DNA of 61,336 bases from Ministeria vibrans ATCC 50519 (taxonomy: Eukaryota; Protista; Filasterea), in the NCBI GenBank assembly GCA_943704425.1, contig CALSCP010000173.1, positions 1 through 61,336 on the forward strand, in the 5' to 3' direction. Below, one piece after another: positions 1-15,998 of the stretch (position 1 is the first letter of the stretch; every line of letters starts with the position of its first letter). The notes under the pieces are model-generated. The model was not told where the DNA came from and did not search any database. It saw nothing but the letters and a program-made list of their open reading frames with translations. The position numbers were made by a program, and so were the translations under genes.

Positions 1-270
1 ACAAAGTGATAGAGAGAGTGAAACAAAGTGATAGAGAGAGAGAGACAAAGTGATAGAGAGAGAGAAACAAAGTGATAGAGAGAGAGAAACAAAGTGATAG
101 AGAGAGAGAAACAAAGTGATAGAGAGAGAGAGAAACAAAGTGATAGAGAGAGAGAGAAACAAAGTGATAGAGAGAGAGAACAGTTGAAACCAAACATAAG
201 CGATAGAAAGGACAAAGTTTGATGGAGAGAGAGAAAAGGAGGGAGAAAAAACAAAGTGATAGAAAGAGAA
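1..270. repeat. Intronic minisatellite of (GA)AACAAAGTGATAG(AG)n units, about 9 copies
   Basis: Directly visible tandem units of about 22-26 bp; lies upstream of the acceptor (aag at 299-301) of the permease last exon. Confidence 0.9.
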
Positions 271-301
271 AAATTTCACAGCTGATTCCCGCCACTCAAA
301 G

Positions 302-889
302 GATATGGGAGCGATCGTGCTGGGTTCTGCTGGCGCCATCATCATCCCCATCTGCGTTGCCATCAGTGCCTTTGGCGCTGTCAACGGCAGTGCTTTCACC
401 GGTGCGCGCCTCGTCTATGCCGCCGGGCGCGACGGCATCTTCCCGCGCTACTTCGGCAAAGTCCATGGTCGCTTCACCTCACCACACACTGCGCTTGTCT
501 CACAGGCGTTTCTCGCTTGCCTTATGCTCATCCCTGGCGACTTTGACTCCCTTGTCAACTACTTCTCATTTGCCATGTGGATCTTTTACCTCCTCGCCGT
601 CTCCGTTCTGCTCCACTTGCGCCGCGTTGCCCCGCACCGCCCCCGCCCTTTCAAAGTCTGGCTTCCCATCCCCATTGTGTTTGTCATCCTTGCCGTCGCC
701 CTCGTCATCAACCCCCTCATTGAGTTTCCCGTTCAGTCCCTTGCCTGCCTCGCCTTCATTCTTGCCGGCCTGCCCTTCTGGTACTGGCGTGTCCGTCTCA
801 AGCGCGAATACTCTGACCTCCCGGGCGTCCGCTTTCTTCTCGCTCGCCCTTGTTGTGCCTCCTCAAACGCTGCAACCCGACTCGACTGA
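302..889 (+). CDS. APC-superfamily L-type amino acid transporter (SLC7/LAT-like), last exon; 5' part outside window
   Basis: IPICVAISAFGAVNGSAFTGARLVYAAGRDG, TSPHTAL, SLVNYFSF and RPFKV are typical SLC7 C-terminal TM motifs; acceptor tcaaag|GAT ATG. Confidence 0.88.
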   Translation, partial: DMGAIVLGSAGAIIIPICVAISAFGAVNGSAFTGARLVYAAGRDGIFPRYFGKVHGRFTSPHTALVSQAFLACLMLIPGDFDSLVNYFSFAMWIFYLLAVSVLLHLRRVAPHRPRPFKVWLPIPIVFVILAVALVINPLIEFPVQSLACLAFILAGLPFWYWRVRLKREYSDLPGVRFLLARPCCASSNAATRLD

Positions 890-1053
890 TCATATTAACC
901 GTCCGCTATCGTCTCTGTATAAAATTACACGTTTCATTGTCCAACATCAAATTCAAAAAAAAAGCTTTCCCTCCCCCCTAACCCCCTCTCTCTCTCCTCT
1001 CTCAGTCTCCCTCTACACACAATCTCACTCATTCTCTCACAATGCAATGGGAC

Positions 1054-4000
1054 TCAGTAGGGAGTCTGCGGGGGGCGACCACCCGTTAAATCACTCTCAG
1101 TCAGTCCCCGCTTGATTAAATCCTCCTTTTCCTTCTGCTTCTGCTTGTCTCGTCTACAACAGGCACAATCAGTATCCCCATTCAAAATACTCCCCGTTTT
1201 GTCATACCGAGTTGAGCCACTGCCCACAGCAGACTGGTACGCCCCCACAAGCAGTGGGTTGATACCATACAGCCACTCTTGCACGCCCCGCTCAGACGGA
1301 GCCTAACAGGAAGAGTAGAACACGCACATCCTTGTCAGATCAATACTACTCTACAATAAATAACCATGCTCTTATCGGTTTACCTGAAGGAGAAACCCGC
1401 GCGTTTTGGTGCAAACGGAGAAAACGTTAGGGCGCTGGAGCATCGCAGCTTGGTGCTCCGAGTACTGGATCTTGACGTTAGTCAGGTTGATGACCTGCAG
1501 CTCGACGGGATCGCGCTCGTCCGCAAAGATCTTCATGTACGGCCGACAAATGGTCACCCAGCGACGCACCCACACCTCGTCGGTCGCTGAGCGCTCCAGA
1601 AAGGTCAGATACCCTTGTGTGGTCGCACGCTCCAGAGAGGTTACCGCCTGGCACTCGGCAACAAAGGTCGCCGTTGAGCCGCCCTTGCGCGCCACCCGGG
1701 ACCCATCGAGTGCCGTGTAGTCGCGTCGCACCTGCGACAGAAACACATCAATCACGCGCGAGCACAATTGATCCTTTTCCGGATCCGTCTTTTCAGGCAG
1801 TGCTTTGGGCAGCGCCAGCAGCCCTTCCTCGCGCAATCGTCGACGCACATCCAACACCTGACGTGTCTTCTCCACCTCGCATATGCGATCGAGTCGCCTC
1901 AGGCGCGCCTGATGTTCATGCAGCAGCGACCCACTGCGCGGACGCCAGCCGCGCAGATTCTCCTCGCCCCGCACATACTGCTGACTAGTATCAAGCACCA
2001 CCGACGCGGCCGACGAGTCGACGCGACGCAGCGACATAAGGTAGATGCCGGTGCACCGCGTCGACTCGGTGGACTTTTTGAAATAGCCCAGCAGTCCCTT
2101 GCTCGTCGACGGCTTCGAGTCTCGTCCGCACATGCGCAGCGCAATGTCCTTCTCCACAAGCATAGGCTTGGAACAGCCCGACACCTTGACGAGCACACGC
2201 AACGTCATAAACACGCGCTCCTTGTCGGGCGTCACACGATTAAGCAGAATCGAATTGTGCAGCGAACTGTCCCACGAGGCGACAAGCGACAGCGAACTCA
2301 CACCACCCTTACGCTCCTCCTCAAAAACCGGCTTGGACACAAGTGACAGCGGCAGCTCCGTGCCCACCGACTCGCTAAAGGCGTGCAGTCCGCTGCGCAC
2401 GTTGCCCACCGTAACACTGTCAATGGCCGTCCAGCGAAACTCGCGACCACTGTCGTGCTTGAACGTGAGCGCAATGCGACGCTGCAGACCCTGGCGCAAC
2501 AAGAAAAAGCCACGACTTTCGGCCGTCGAGTCCGTCGTGGTGTAGTCACAAGGCACGGGCAGGTACTCGCCGGAGGCAGCCAACTCGCGAATCTCAAACC
2601 AGGCTGTCATATCGTACTTGGGCACATTGTCATCGCGTGCGTTGCTACCCGCACCGCCCTTTTGTGGCGTCCCTACCGGCGTCCCACCGGGTGTCGATGT
2701 GCCCGCCTGGCCCAGATTGCCACCACGACCACTGGCGCCACCAATGGACGAAGGCGAGGGCAGCGACAGCGACGCATTCGTGAGCGAAGCAGATACTCCG
2801 GCGGGCGCAGGCGAGAACGAGCCTGGCGTCATCGAAATCTTGCGACTCGCTTGTGTCGGCGTGCTCACCATCGCCTGGCCCGAGTCAATCTCTTGCTGCA
2901 ACGGATGGTCGTGGAAATGCCCAAAAATCTCAAAGGCCAACGGCCGCGTCTGCAAGTAGTGAAGGAACTCACTCGTGACGGTCACGCACAGTCGCTGACT
3001 GTAGTTAAACTGTGGCGAGTCGGTGAATTCGCGACAAGGCTCAGTACTACAATAAGAAAAAAAAAAAAAAAAAAAAAAAAAAAAACAAAAACAAGAACAA
3101 GAACAAGAACATTGCGATTGACGTTTAGAAAGAAATAATATGTCATACATAGTGAAACGACAAAAATGCATTGGCTCTCCTCATACCTAAAGACTTCGCC
3201 ACCGGGATTGATGAAGCGCATCTGGCAGAAGACGTCGGCGTACTTGGCCGACGAGATGCCCGACGCTTCAATGACATGTACAATAAACTGGAAACGTTCG
3301 CCAAGCACAAGGGCGTCGGATGCGCCGCCACTCGCCACGGCGGCACTCTCCGCATTGGTATCGGTTACCTGGGCGGTGGAGGTGTCCTCTGACGCGTCGT
3401 CGCCAGAGGACTCTTCAATAACATTGCTAGTGTTGTTGCTGTTGTTGTTGTTGTCTTCGCCACCAGTGGATGACGGCTCGTCGTCCTGATCGACGAGCGT
3501 CTTTGCGGACGCTGCGGCCGTCTTGAGTGCCGAAAGGAAACTCTCGCGCGACTTGGAGCCGTCAGCCGCAGCCGTTTTGGATCGTTTGCTGCGCGGACCG
3601 GTGAAACTGTGAAGTTCACCCTCGCCGCCCGACTCCATGGCGTTTGAGTCAAATGGAATCACGGGTGTCACGACGACACGCAGATGGCCCATGACGGCTC
3701 CACGTTCGTTCACAATAGGAGTGCATACCTCAACAGCGCGACTGTCCATCATCGCGTGCAGATGGCAATAGGCCCGTCCAATAAAGCGGAACCAGGGACT
3801 CGGATCGAAAAAGGGGTCGGTTGGTGCGGCCTTCTGACCACCAGTGCTCAGTTGCGTGGAGGGCGCGCCCGCACCACCACCTGTACCATTGCGCACACCA
3901 TTGCCAGTCGAGTGATGGAAGTCGCCGTCGCCAGCACTGCTATGCAACGTGCGCATCACGACGAGACGGTCGCGAAACTTGGCCAAGTCCCACAAGTGTG

Positions 4001-5113
4001 TGATGGTATGCTGGCGATCAATCACCTGAATGCATGTCTCGGCGGAGGCAGACGCCATGTCAAAAAGCAACGGCGAGTAGGGCGAGTACGACTGGATGGC
4101 AAACTGGAAGGTGACGTGCTTCTTGAGCTCGACACTAATGGCATTGGCCTCCTTGAGCAACACCGCCATTGAGAGCAACTCGTTCTTGAGCGAGCCCCAT
4201 CGGTAGCGTCGCCAGCGACGCGCGACGCGACGGAGCAAATCGCGGTTCTCGGGCGTGATCGAGCTGTTCGCCGTGCCTTGGGCGACCGCATTGCCACCAC
4301 TGCCACTGATGGGTTCGCTGACAGCGACCGCGGCATCTGCTGCAGCAGCTGCGGCTGCCGCCGTGGCCGCAGCCTCCGCAGCGGCTGCCGCTGCGTCCTG
4401 GATCTGTTCTGCGGCACGTCGTTGCTCCTCGAGGTCGCGTAGACGTTCCTCAAACTCGCGACGTTGACGCTCCATCTCTTCACGCTCGCGCTTAAACTCC
4501 TCCTCCATCTCCTTCATCTTGTCGCGCTCGGCGCTCGAGTCAGTCAGACCCTGGGTGTTGAGCAGTTCGCGACGTGCAAACTCCCAGTCAACCATGGGCG
4601 TGTCCTTGCGATCGCCAGCATTGCCACCGCGCTGCTGCCGCAACCGACGCGCCTCCTCGGGATTGTTAAAGCGGAAGATATGGCGGTCACCGATGACAAG
4701 ACGGTCGCCAGTGTGAATCGTCGTGGGTTCCGTCACCTGCTGCCCATTAACATAGATGAGCGCATCCACATAAGGTACCATGGCAATACAGCCCGTGTCG
4801 GGTTCCGGCTCAAACAGGCAATGTTCAGGTAAAATCTTTTCGCCCGACAACTTGATTTGCTGTGGCGTAGGCGCCGTCTCGTTGCCTAGACGTGTCATCC
4901 CCGTGTCCGACACGTAGTACAGCAAACACTCCGACATGAGCGGATCCTCGCACAAGTTGACCAAATGAGCTTGCTGTTAAAAAGAAATACACAAGACGTG
5001 TGATGAGTGAAAAGAAAAAAAATAAAAAATTCAATATTCAATGAAATTGTTTCGACTTTACACAACGCACAAAAAAGAAAACCCGCGATAATAATAATAA
5101 TAATAATAATAAT

Positions 5114-5178
<65 letters not shown>

Positions 5179-5188
5179 NNNNNNNNNN

Positions 5189-5277
<89 letters not shown>

Positions 5278-6895
5278 TAATAATATTTTTTTTTGGTTCT
5301 TTTTCACCTTTGCTGGAGAGAAAACACCAACGGTGCCGCCCTCATGGTCAACTGCAATGCCCATCTCCTTTAGAGCACTTTCTCTCTCGGCCTGGATCTG
5401 CTCAGTGCGACGCATCTTCTCCTCCCATGTCTGATTGATTTCGGCCATGAGCTTCTCGTTGGACTTGATGGCATCTTCGAGCTCGGCGCTGCTCTGGGCG
5501 CGAGCACGACCGCCCTCGTCGGCAGAACCACCGGCGGACCCGCCGTCACTGGTGAGCTGGGAGCGCAAACGATCGAGTTCGGCGCGCAGATCACGAATGA
5601 GAACGACGTTGGGGTCTTCGTTGATGACGGCGTGCGTCTTGATGCGCTTGGCACGGTCCGCATAGCGCAGCGTCGACATGGTTTCGTCGTAGTTGATATC
5701 GGCCGGACTAATCGTGGCCACCATGGCCGTCTTGCTGTTGCCACCCAGGTTCTCGCGCAGCAACCAGGTCAGTGTCGAGTCGCGGTACGGCACAAATTCT
5801 CCTGCATTGCCCTTCTTCTTCTTGCCCGCCTCGGCAGAGGAACTTGCGTCCGCCAGTGCCGCAATGACCTTTCCCAGTGTCGTCAGTGACTTGTTGATGT
5901 TAGCGCCTTTAAAATTAAGGAGGGAGTAGAAAGAAAGAAGAAGGAGGAGAAGGGAGAAGAAAGAATGAAAGAGAGCAAGTCAATTCATAGTTCTTTTTGT
6001 CGTCGGGTTCTCTTTCGTCTTGTGCATACCCTCCTTGAGGCGTTTTCCCGTTGCGCCTGTCGATTCGGCACGTTCGCTTCCCGCCAAATCCACCAGACTA
6101 AGTTTACTGACTTTTTCGCTAAAAAGACCCGTGGTGGCGTCCTTGCGGCGCTGCGTGAGGGTCATGGTGAAGACAGCGTGCGAGCGACTCGACGTCTCAT
6201 TCATGTTGGTGGCCGCAACCGTGCGTGACTATGAAATGAGATGGAGGGCGTATGAGTTGTTCTCCTTTGTCAGTTCTATCACTGTGTCGATCTACTTTGT
6301 TTCCTTCGTCCATGAGTGATTCGATGTCGACGTACGAGGTGGCCACGAGCTTGCTGAGGTCTTCGACGTACGGACCCAAGACGGGATGTTCGCGTACGCG
6401 CATGTTACCAGAGTTTTTGGGGTCGAGGAGATCGCGGACCTTTTCGTTGTAGATCTCCATGTAGGAGACGTCGAGACTAAACTCTAGTGCAGGGTCGGTG
6501 TTGTCACCAATGCGAGCAAAGAGCTCCTCGCTCATCTGCGGGATGATGCCCTTCTGTGCACCATAGCCCATCATAGTATACGACTTTCCACTGCCCGTCT
6601 GGCCATACGCAAAGATGCAGATCTACACAAGAAGATGAATAAGATAGTGGGCGCGAAGAGGAAGCGACAGAGCGAGAGAGACGGCAGCGCGACAGCAAGA
6701 CCATCCCAGGGGGGGGGTTTTTTTGAACCACACACAAATTGACACGACACTGGAGAGTTCCCATGACGCGCCTGGACGACATTGCGGCGCTGAGGCGTCA
6801 GTAAAGACCTTGGTTCATTGGATAGGCGTAGAATTGAGACTGGTGCGCGGTGTGGGGGCGCGTGAGAGGGAGAGAGATGAAAGGTGCAACGGAAG

Positions 6896-6932
<37 letters not shown>

Positions 6933-7359
6933 AATTTCGAATGAAAGGAAGTCAGGCTTACGTTGTAACCTTCAAAGGCATGGTCAAGGAAGTCGCGGCC
7001 AATGTCCTTGTGGACGTCCTCTTGACTTGAGAAATTCTACAGCGACATTTGGAAGAGAAGTGAGTTTGGTGATTTTTTTTTTGTCTCTCTCTCTCTCTCT
7101 CTCTGTCGGTCTGTCTGTCTGTCTCTCAGTGGACCAGGGCGTCTCGCGCGGACAGGGACGCGCGGGAACATGGAGGGAGACGCACCTTGTCGGCGGGGTC
7201 CATACTCATGTAGCTGTGGTCAAACTCAAAGCCTTTGCTCTTGTCGCCCTGGAAAATGGTCGTGCGCTTGCCCTCCATGCGGATGCATGGCTTACAGCTG
7301 CGCGCAATCTCGCGACTGTTGAACGGTCGGACGCGCACGGCGACCTTGACCGATGACAT
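1054..7359 (-). CDS. KIF1A: Kinesin-3 motor KIF1/unc-104-like (motor, FHA, coiled coil, C-terminal PH); multi-exon
   Basis: [17 protein letters not shown] start; [18 protein letters not shown]-loop; [11 protein letters not shown]; LVDLAGSER; [21 protein letters not shown]; [20 protein letters not shown] lead-in; C-terminal PH ending [11 protein letters not shown]; GT-AG introns join these in frame. Confidence 0.93.
5088..5283. repeat. (AAT)n microsatellite in kinesin intron, interrupted by an N gap
   Basis: Direct observation. Confidence 0.95.
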
Positions 7360-7611
7360 TTGAGAAAAGAGTGTCAGACTCAGTCAGAGTAAAAGTGAAA
7401 AGAGGTCAAACTTCAATTCTTCAAAGGTGGATTAAAGGTCAGGCGTAATACGCGATAGATCATCCGAGTGATCATGTACGCGCATAAGTCATAACACACA
7501 CACGTAGATGGACCTTTGGGTTCAGGACTTGCTCTTACGTTTTACTGATTCACGAGTTGAATTTTGATTTGAATGAATTCTCAATTCACTCTATTATCCA
7601 CTGATTCAGTC

Positions 7612-9344
<1,733 letters not shown>

Positions 9345-9681
9345 TTGCACTTCGATTTCTGTACACTATTTTTTTTTTCCTTTCCTTTGTGACGCTTATA
9401 CACACGTACACACAAACTGATTACGTTTTGAAACTACCGTTTAACAAAGAAAGAGTGAGAATTTGTGTTTTGAATTAAGGCAGCGAGTGCGTTGGTTTGA
9501 ACTTTGATTGACTGAAGATGAATCTGCACGGCTAAAAGTAAAAGTAGGATTGACCGTAGTTCGACTAAGATTGTAGGGGAGTCGATGCGCTGGAGAGGCG
9601 CAAGGCCAGTGTTAAGCAAAATGGTATTATTTCATTCCTTCTACTATTGTACTTATTCTTCTTCTTCCCTTCTTCTTCTCT

Positions 9682-10957
9682 TCACCATGACTCCTTCAAC
9701 TTCTTAACTATTAGAAGGTTGCTGACGAGCTCCTCTTTCTCCGTCACAAAAGTTCCATCAAGGCGGTACAGCGTGTAGAGTTCCCCCTCCCGCTCGCCTT
9801 TGACGATCATTTTGAAAAAGTCGCGTTGACATTCCTCAAACAAATGATCAAGCTCCTCACGATCTCTCTCGGCGAGTTTAGTCTTCCTGATGATTTCGTC
9901 GAGCGACTTCGCATGGTCGCACAAAACTCTAACATCCGCATCAATCTTCAAAAAGAAACGCATCATCATCAGCTCAGTCAGCTCATTCTCTCGCATGTCC
10001 TGATTGAAGCACAACGCGGCCAAAACAGGGTTCAGCGGATTCTTCACCCAAGGGTGCGATGCTTCTGGGACGATAGCGTTTGCGAATTGATCTCCAATCT
10101 CCCCGTTTAGAAACAGTTTTGCTTCTTTAAAACTTGACATATCAAATCCTACGTTTTATTAGAAGAAAAAGATTCAGAAAATTCAGAAAATTCAGTATAT
10201 TCAGAAAATTCAGAAAATTCAGAAGATTCAGAAAATTCAAGAAGCAAAAGAAGGAAAGGCAGAAATATCAAAACTTACCGGTTTTTTTGTGTACAGCTTT
10301 GGAGCCCATGATCCTCCGCCGTTTTTTGCTTTGCACCTGCATCGTCTCGGTATCCTCGTCGTCGGCAGCACCGCGGGTGCCATCATTATCATCGTCATCG
10401 TGGTTGTGTTCGGCACATCCTCCCTCCGCATCCCCAGCATCAAGTTGCGACGACGCGACAACATCGATGTAATCATTGGCCAAATCATCGACAGAGCTCG
10501 CCGAATAACGATACGTCGCTTCCGATGCGAGTGTCCCTGACTCATGTTCCAAGGTGTTGCTCTGACTGCGTTCGATTGATGCTGTGGGGAGCTGTGGGGG
10601 CGTCGCATCACCAAAAATTGCTGTTTGGCGCGACAACTCGTTTGGCTCTGGTGTCTTCATCGCCAGCGCTGCAGCCGATTGCGACGTGGGGATCGGTGTC
10701 GGCGTCAACATCAAGCTCGATGTTGCGGTTGGGGCGCGAGAAAGCGTTCTCGGGGGGGAGGGGGAAGAGATTTGTAGTTGTTGCGCATGCGACCACTTTG
10801 CAAGCTCAATGTCGAATTTTCCCTTGAGCCAGGCAACATGAGCAGCCTGCTCTGTGTAAGAGAGCTGGACTGCGTCGGCAGTGAGACGCTCGAGTGAGGT
10901 CAACGCCTCGGCACCGGCGTGCAGGAACTGAGCAACGTCGGCAACGCTTTTGCTCAT
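9682..10957 (-). CDS. Orphan hypothetical protein, two or three exons
   Basis: ORFs 10268-11137 and 9682-10140 join in frame through an intron ACC G|gtaagt ... cgtag|GA TTT GAT ATG (about 10278-10150); ATG at 10957; a short third exon could end at about 9565; no family recognised. Confidence 0.65.
10173..10243. repeat. 9-bp tandem repeat (TTCAGAAAA)n, about 8 copies, inside the orphan gene intron
   Basis: Direct observation. Confidence 0.85.
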
Positions 10958-11486
10958 AATTATATTGTATATTGTTGGTTGATCCCAGTGCGGGGGTGCT
11001 AAATAGACTATAGAGTCCTTGTAATTGTGAATTGGGGGGCCAGGGGGGGGAAGGAATTGGCTGCCGGTAAAGGGAGAAAAAAGATTACTTTCATACGCGG
11101 TGAATAAAAAAGCCTGCCGGTGATGCGCCGCCACCATTCACGAATCACGAACGAGTAGCCTATGGCGGAAGCATGGTAAGTGATGGTATTACTCTTCATT
11201 GAATAGCTTTTATCTTTCGCGTAATTTTTTCATAAAAAATATAATAATAATAATAATTATGTCTTCTTCTAATAATAATTATATTTTATATAATATGGCC
11301 AACAGCCAACCTGTCTCTGTCTCCTCTCAACGCTTCTGAGTTTTGTAGACTGTAGCTTAGAAAGTGGTTCTGAGCTGTTTGTGTTGTCGCTTTTCGTTTG
11401 CGATTGATAATAAATTGGAACTGTCTTCTTCTTCTATGTAATAAAATATTATAGTTTCTCTTCTCTCTCTCTCTGGGAGTCTCAAC

Positions 11487-14134
<2,648 letters not shown>

Positions 14135-14212
14135 CACCACACACAATTCTTCTTTTTCTTTTTTTCATGTATTACTGTACACACATACACGCAAACACAA
14201 CAAACACACGGA

Positions 14213-15666
14213 CTATTTCTCCCTCCCTCCCTCTTTCTGCGTGTGTGCAATCAAAAGTTAGGAGATCCGTCTTCCTTTCTCTCCCGCTTCCATCCATCTC
14301 CACCCGCATCCCTCCTACCCCTTCCCGATCCATCTCCACCCCCATCTCTCCTTCCCCTCCCCCATCCATCTCCACCCGCATCCCTCCTACCCCTTCCCGA
14401 TCCATCTCCACCCCCATCTCTCCTTCCCCTCCCCCATCCATCTCCACCCGCTTCCCTCCTACCCCTTCCCGATCCATCTCCGCCCCCATCTCTCCTCCCC
14501 CTCTCCCACCGGCCCTTCTCCGCTTGCTTCACCTTCTGACTCGGTGCCACTGGCTGCGCCACATTGCACATCCGGTCCAGCAGACTGTTGGCCATTCCAC
14601 TGCTCATCTTGAAACAGTCCCCCCTTCGCTTAATCAGCTCGGTCATCTCATCGTCAATCACCACACAATTGTCAAGCGAAAACTCCCCCTGTAATATATC
14701 AAACATGTCACACTTTCGAAGCAATCCCTCGCATTGTCTCACCTGTCGAATGCGATGGATTTTCGTACAATGCGCAACACAATCCACCTTCTGCGCAATG
14801 TCTTCCGCGAGCGTTCGCATGTACGTCCTACACCCCCATTCTCACAATGTCAAACGCGTCGCACACCCAATGACTCATCTTACCCTGACTCGACCTGAGC
14901 TTTGAACCCAAATGCGGGAAGTATCAGATCACTTGTCGGCTCAATGAGGTACACATGTCGCTGTCGCGATGGCATAACAACCTCTTTCCCTCGTCGCACC
15001 AGATCCGACGAGCGCTGTCCGTTGAATCTCACTGCACTCATTCTGCATACGTAAAGTAGTGTCAAATTATCGCTGACACAATTCGATACCGTACATTGGT
15101 GGAGTCTGACTGATGAGGCCCTTAAACGACAAGATCGATTCGCGCAGAGCCTGGGGCGTCACATGATCGTATGGCTTGGTGGTACACGTTTCGCCGTAGC
15201 TGTCGCCCGACGTGGTCTGCTGGCCCAACAGTGCCTCCACCTCGTAGTCCTACGCGCAGTCTCACACTTCCGTCCACGTCAAAATAAAGGGAAATGTGTC
15301 GCTACCTTGTGTGTTTCCCGCAGCAGCCGGTTGAGTTCTTTGGTGCCGCGTCCAACGCCAATGACTAACGCAACGAGGCAAGAATGAGACAAGTAGGGAA
15401 AAAAAAAAAAAGAACCCAACTGTACCCATCACGCCGCCCGCTGCTTGGTCAAGCGCCCCGCCATGTCCAACGGCAGGGTCAGTGACTACACATGCGAACA
15501 TGATTAGCCAGCGAGAGAGCGCCTAAGGGCGGTACGTACACCCCGCGACTTTCAGCGCCGCCTTGACCAGATTCACCAAGTCGTACGACTTTCGCCCCAC
15601 TGGCTTTGCAATTCCAACGCAAAACCCGGTCTTCATTAGCGCCTGGATCGGTTGAGAGGGAGGCAT
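14213..15666 (-). CDS. TRUB1: tRNA pseudouridine(55) synthase TruB family; multi-exon
   Basis: Spliced translation: IAKPVGRKSYDLVNLVK; VGHGGALDQAAGGVM (catalytic Asp); VIGVGRGTK; K|DYEVEALLGQQTTSGDSYG; QTPPM..SAVRFNGQR; G|TYMRTLAEDIA...AHCTKIHRIRQ|GEF; the last-exon assignment is less certain. Confidence 0.85.
14290..14500. repeat. 72-bp C-rich tandem repeat (three copies, 36-bp subunits) in the last TruB intron
   Basis: CATCCATCTCCACCCG... recurs at 14291, 14363 and 14435. Confidence 0.85.
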
Positions 15667-15998
15667 TTTGAATAATTATGCTTTACACTGAAACTTTAAA
15701 GTTTAAAAAGGTGTGATTGATAAGAGTCCGATAAGAACTTGAGTGAATATTGAATAACTGCATTAATTAGTATTTACTGCTTTACTTTTGTTCGCTCTTG
15801 TTGTCTACATACACGCAGTCACACTCACAGTCACACACACACACACACAGACATACACACACGTCCACCATACACACATACACACACAATTCACACACAA
15901 TCGCACATTATACACAGTCACACACACAGTCACAAAAAGAACTCCCCGTCCCTCCCGACACCCCACCAAGTGGGTGATTTGGCGCTGCAGAGCTTAAA

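Noticed and set aside
1-180. GTGATAGAGA resembles half of the tet operator
   Set aside because: Only a half-site with no palindromic partner; dispersed in native introns; treated as coincidence
1-270. CRISPR-like array of regularly spaced repeats
   Set aside because: The spacers are just variable (AG)n runs, the context is a eukaryotic intron and no cas genes are present
14251-14532. RG-rich repetitive C-terminal tail on TruB
   Set aside because: More simply an intron: donor AAG|gtgaag, ctaac branch point and cacgcag acceptor flank the 72-bp repeats; read-through is not excluded without cDNA
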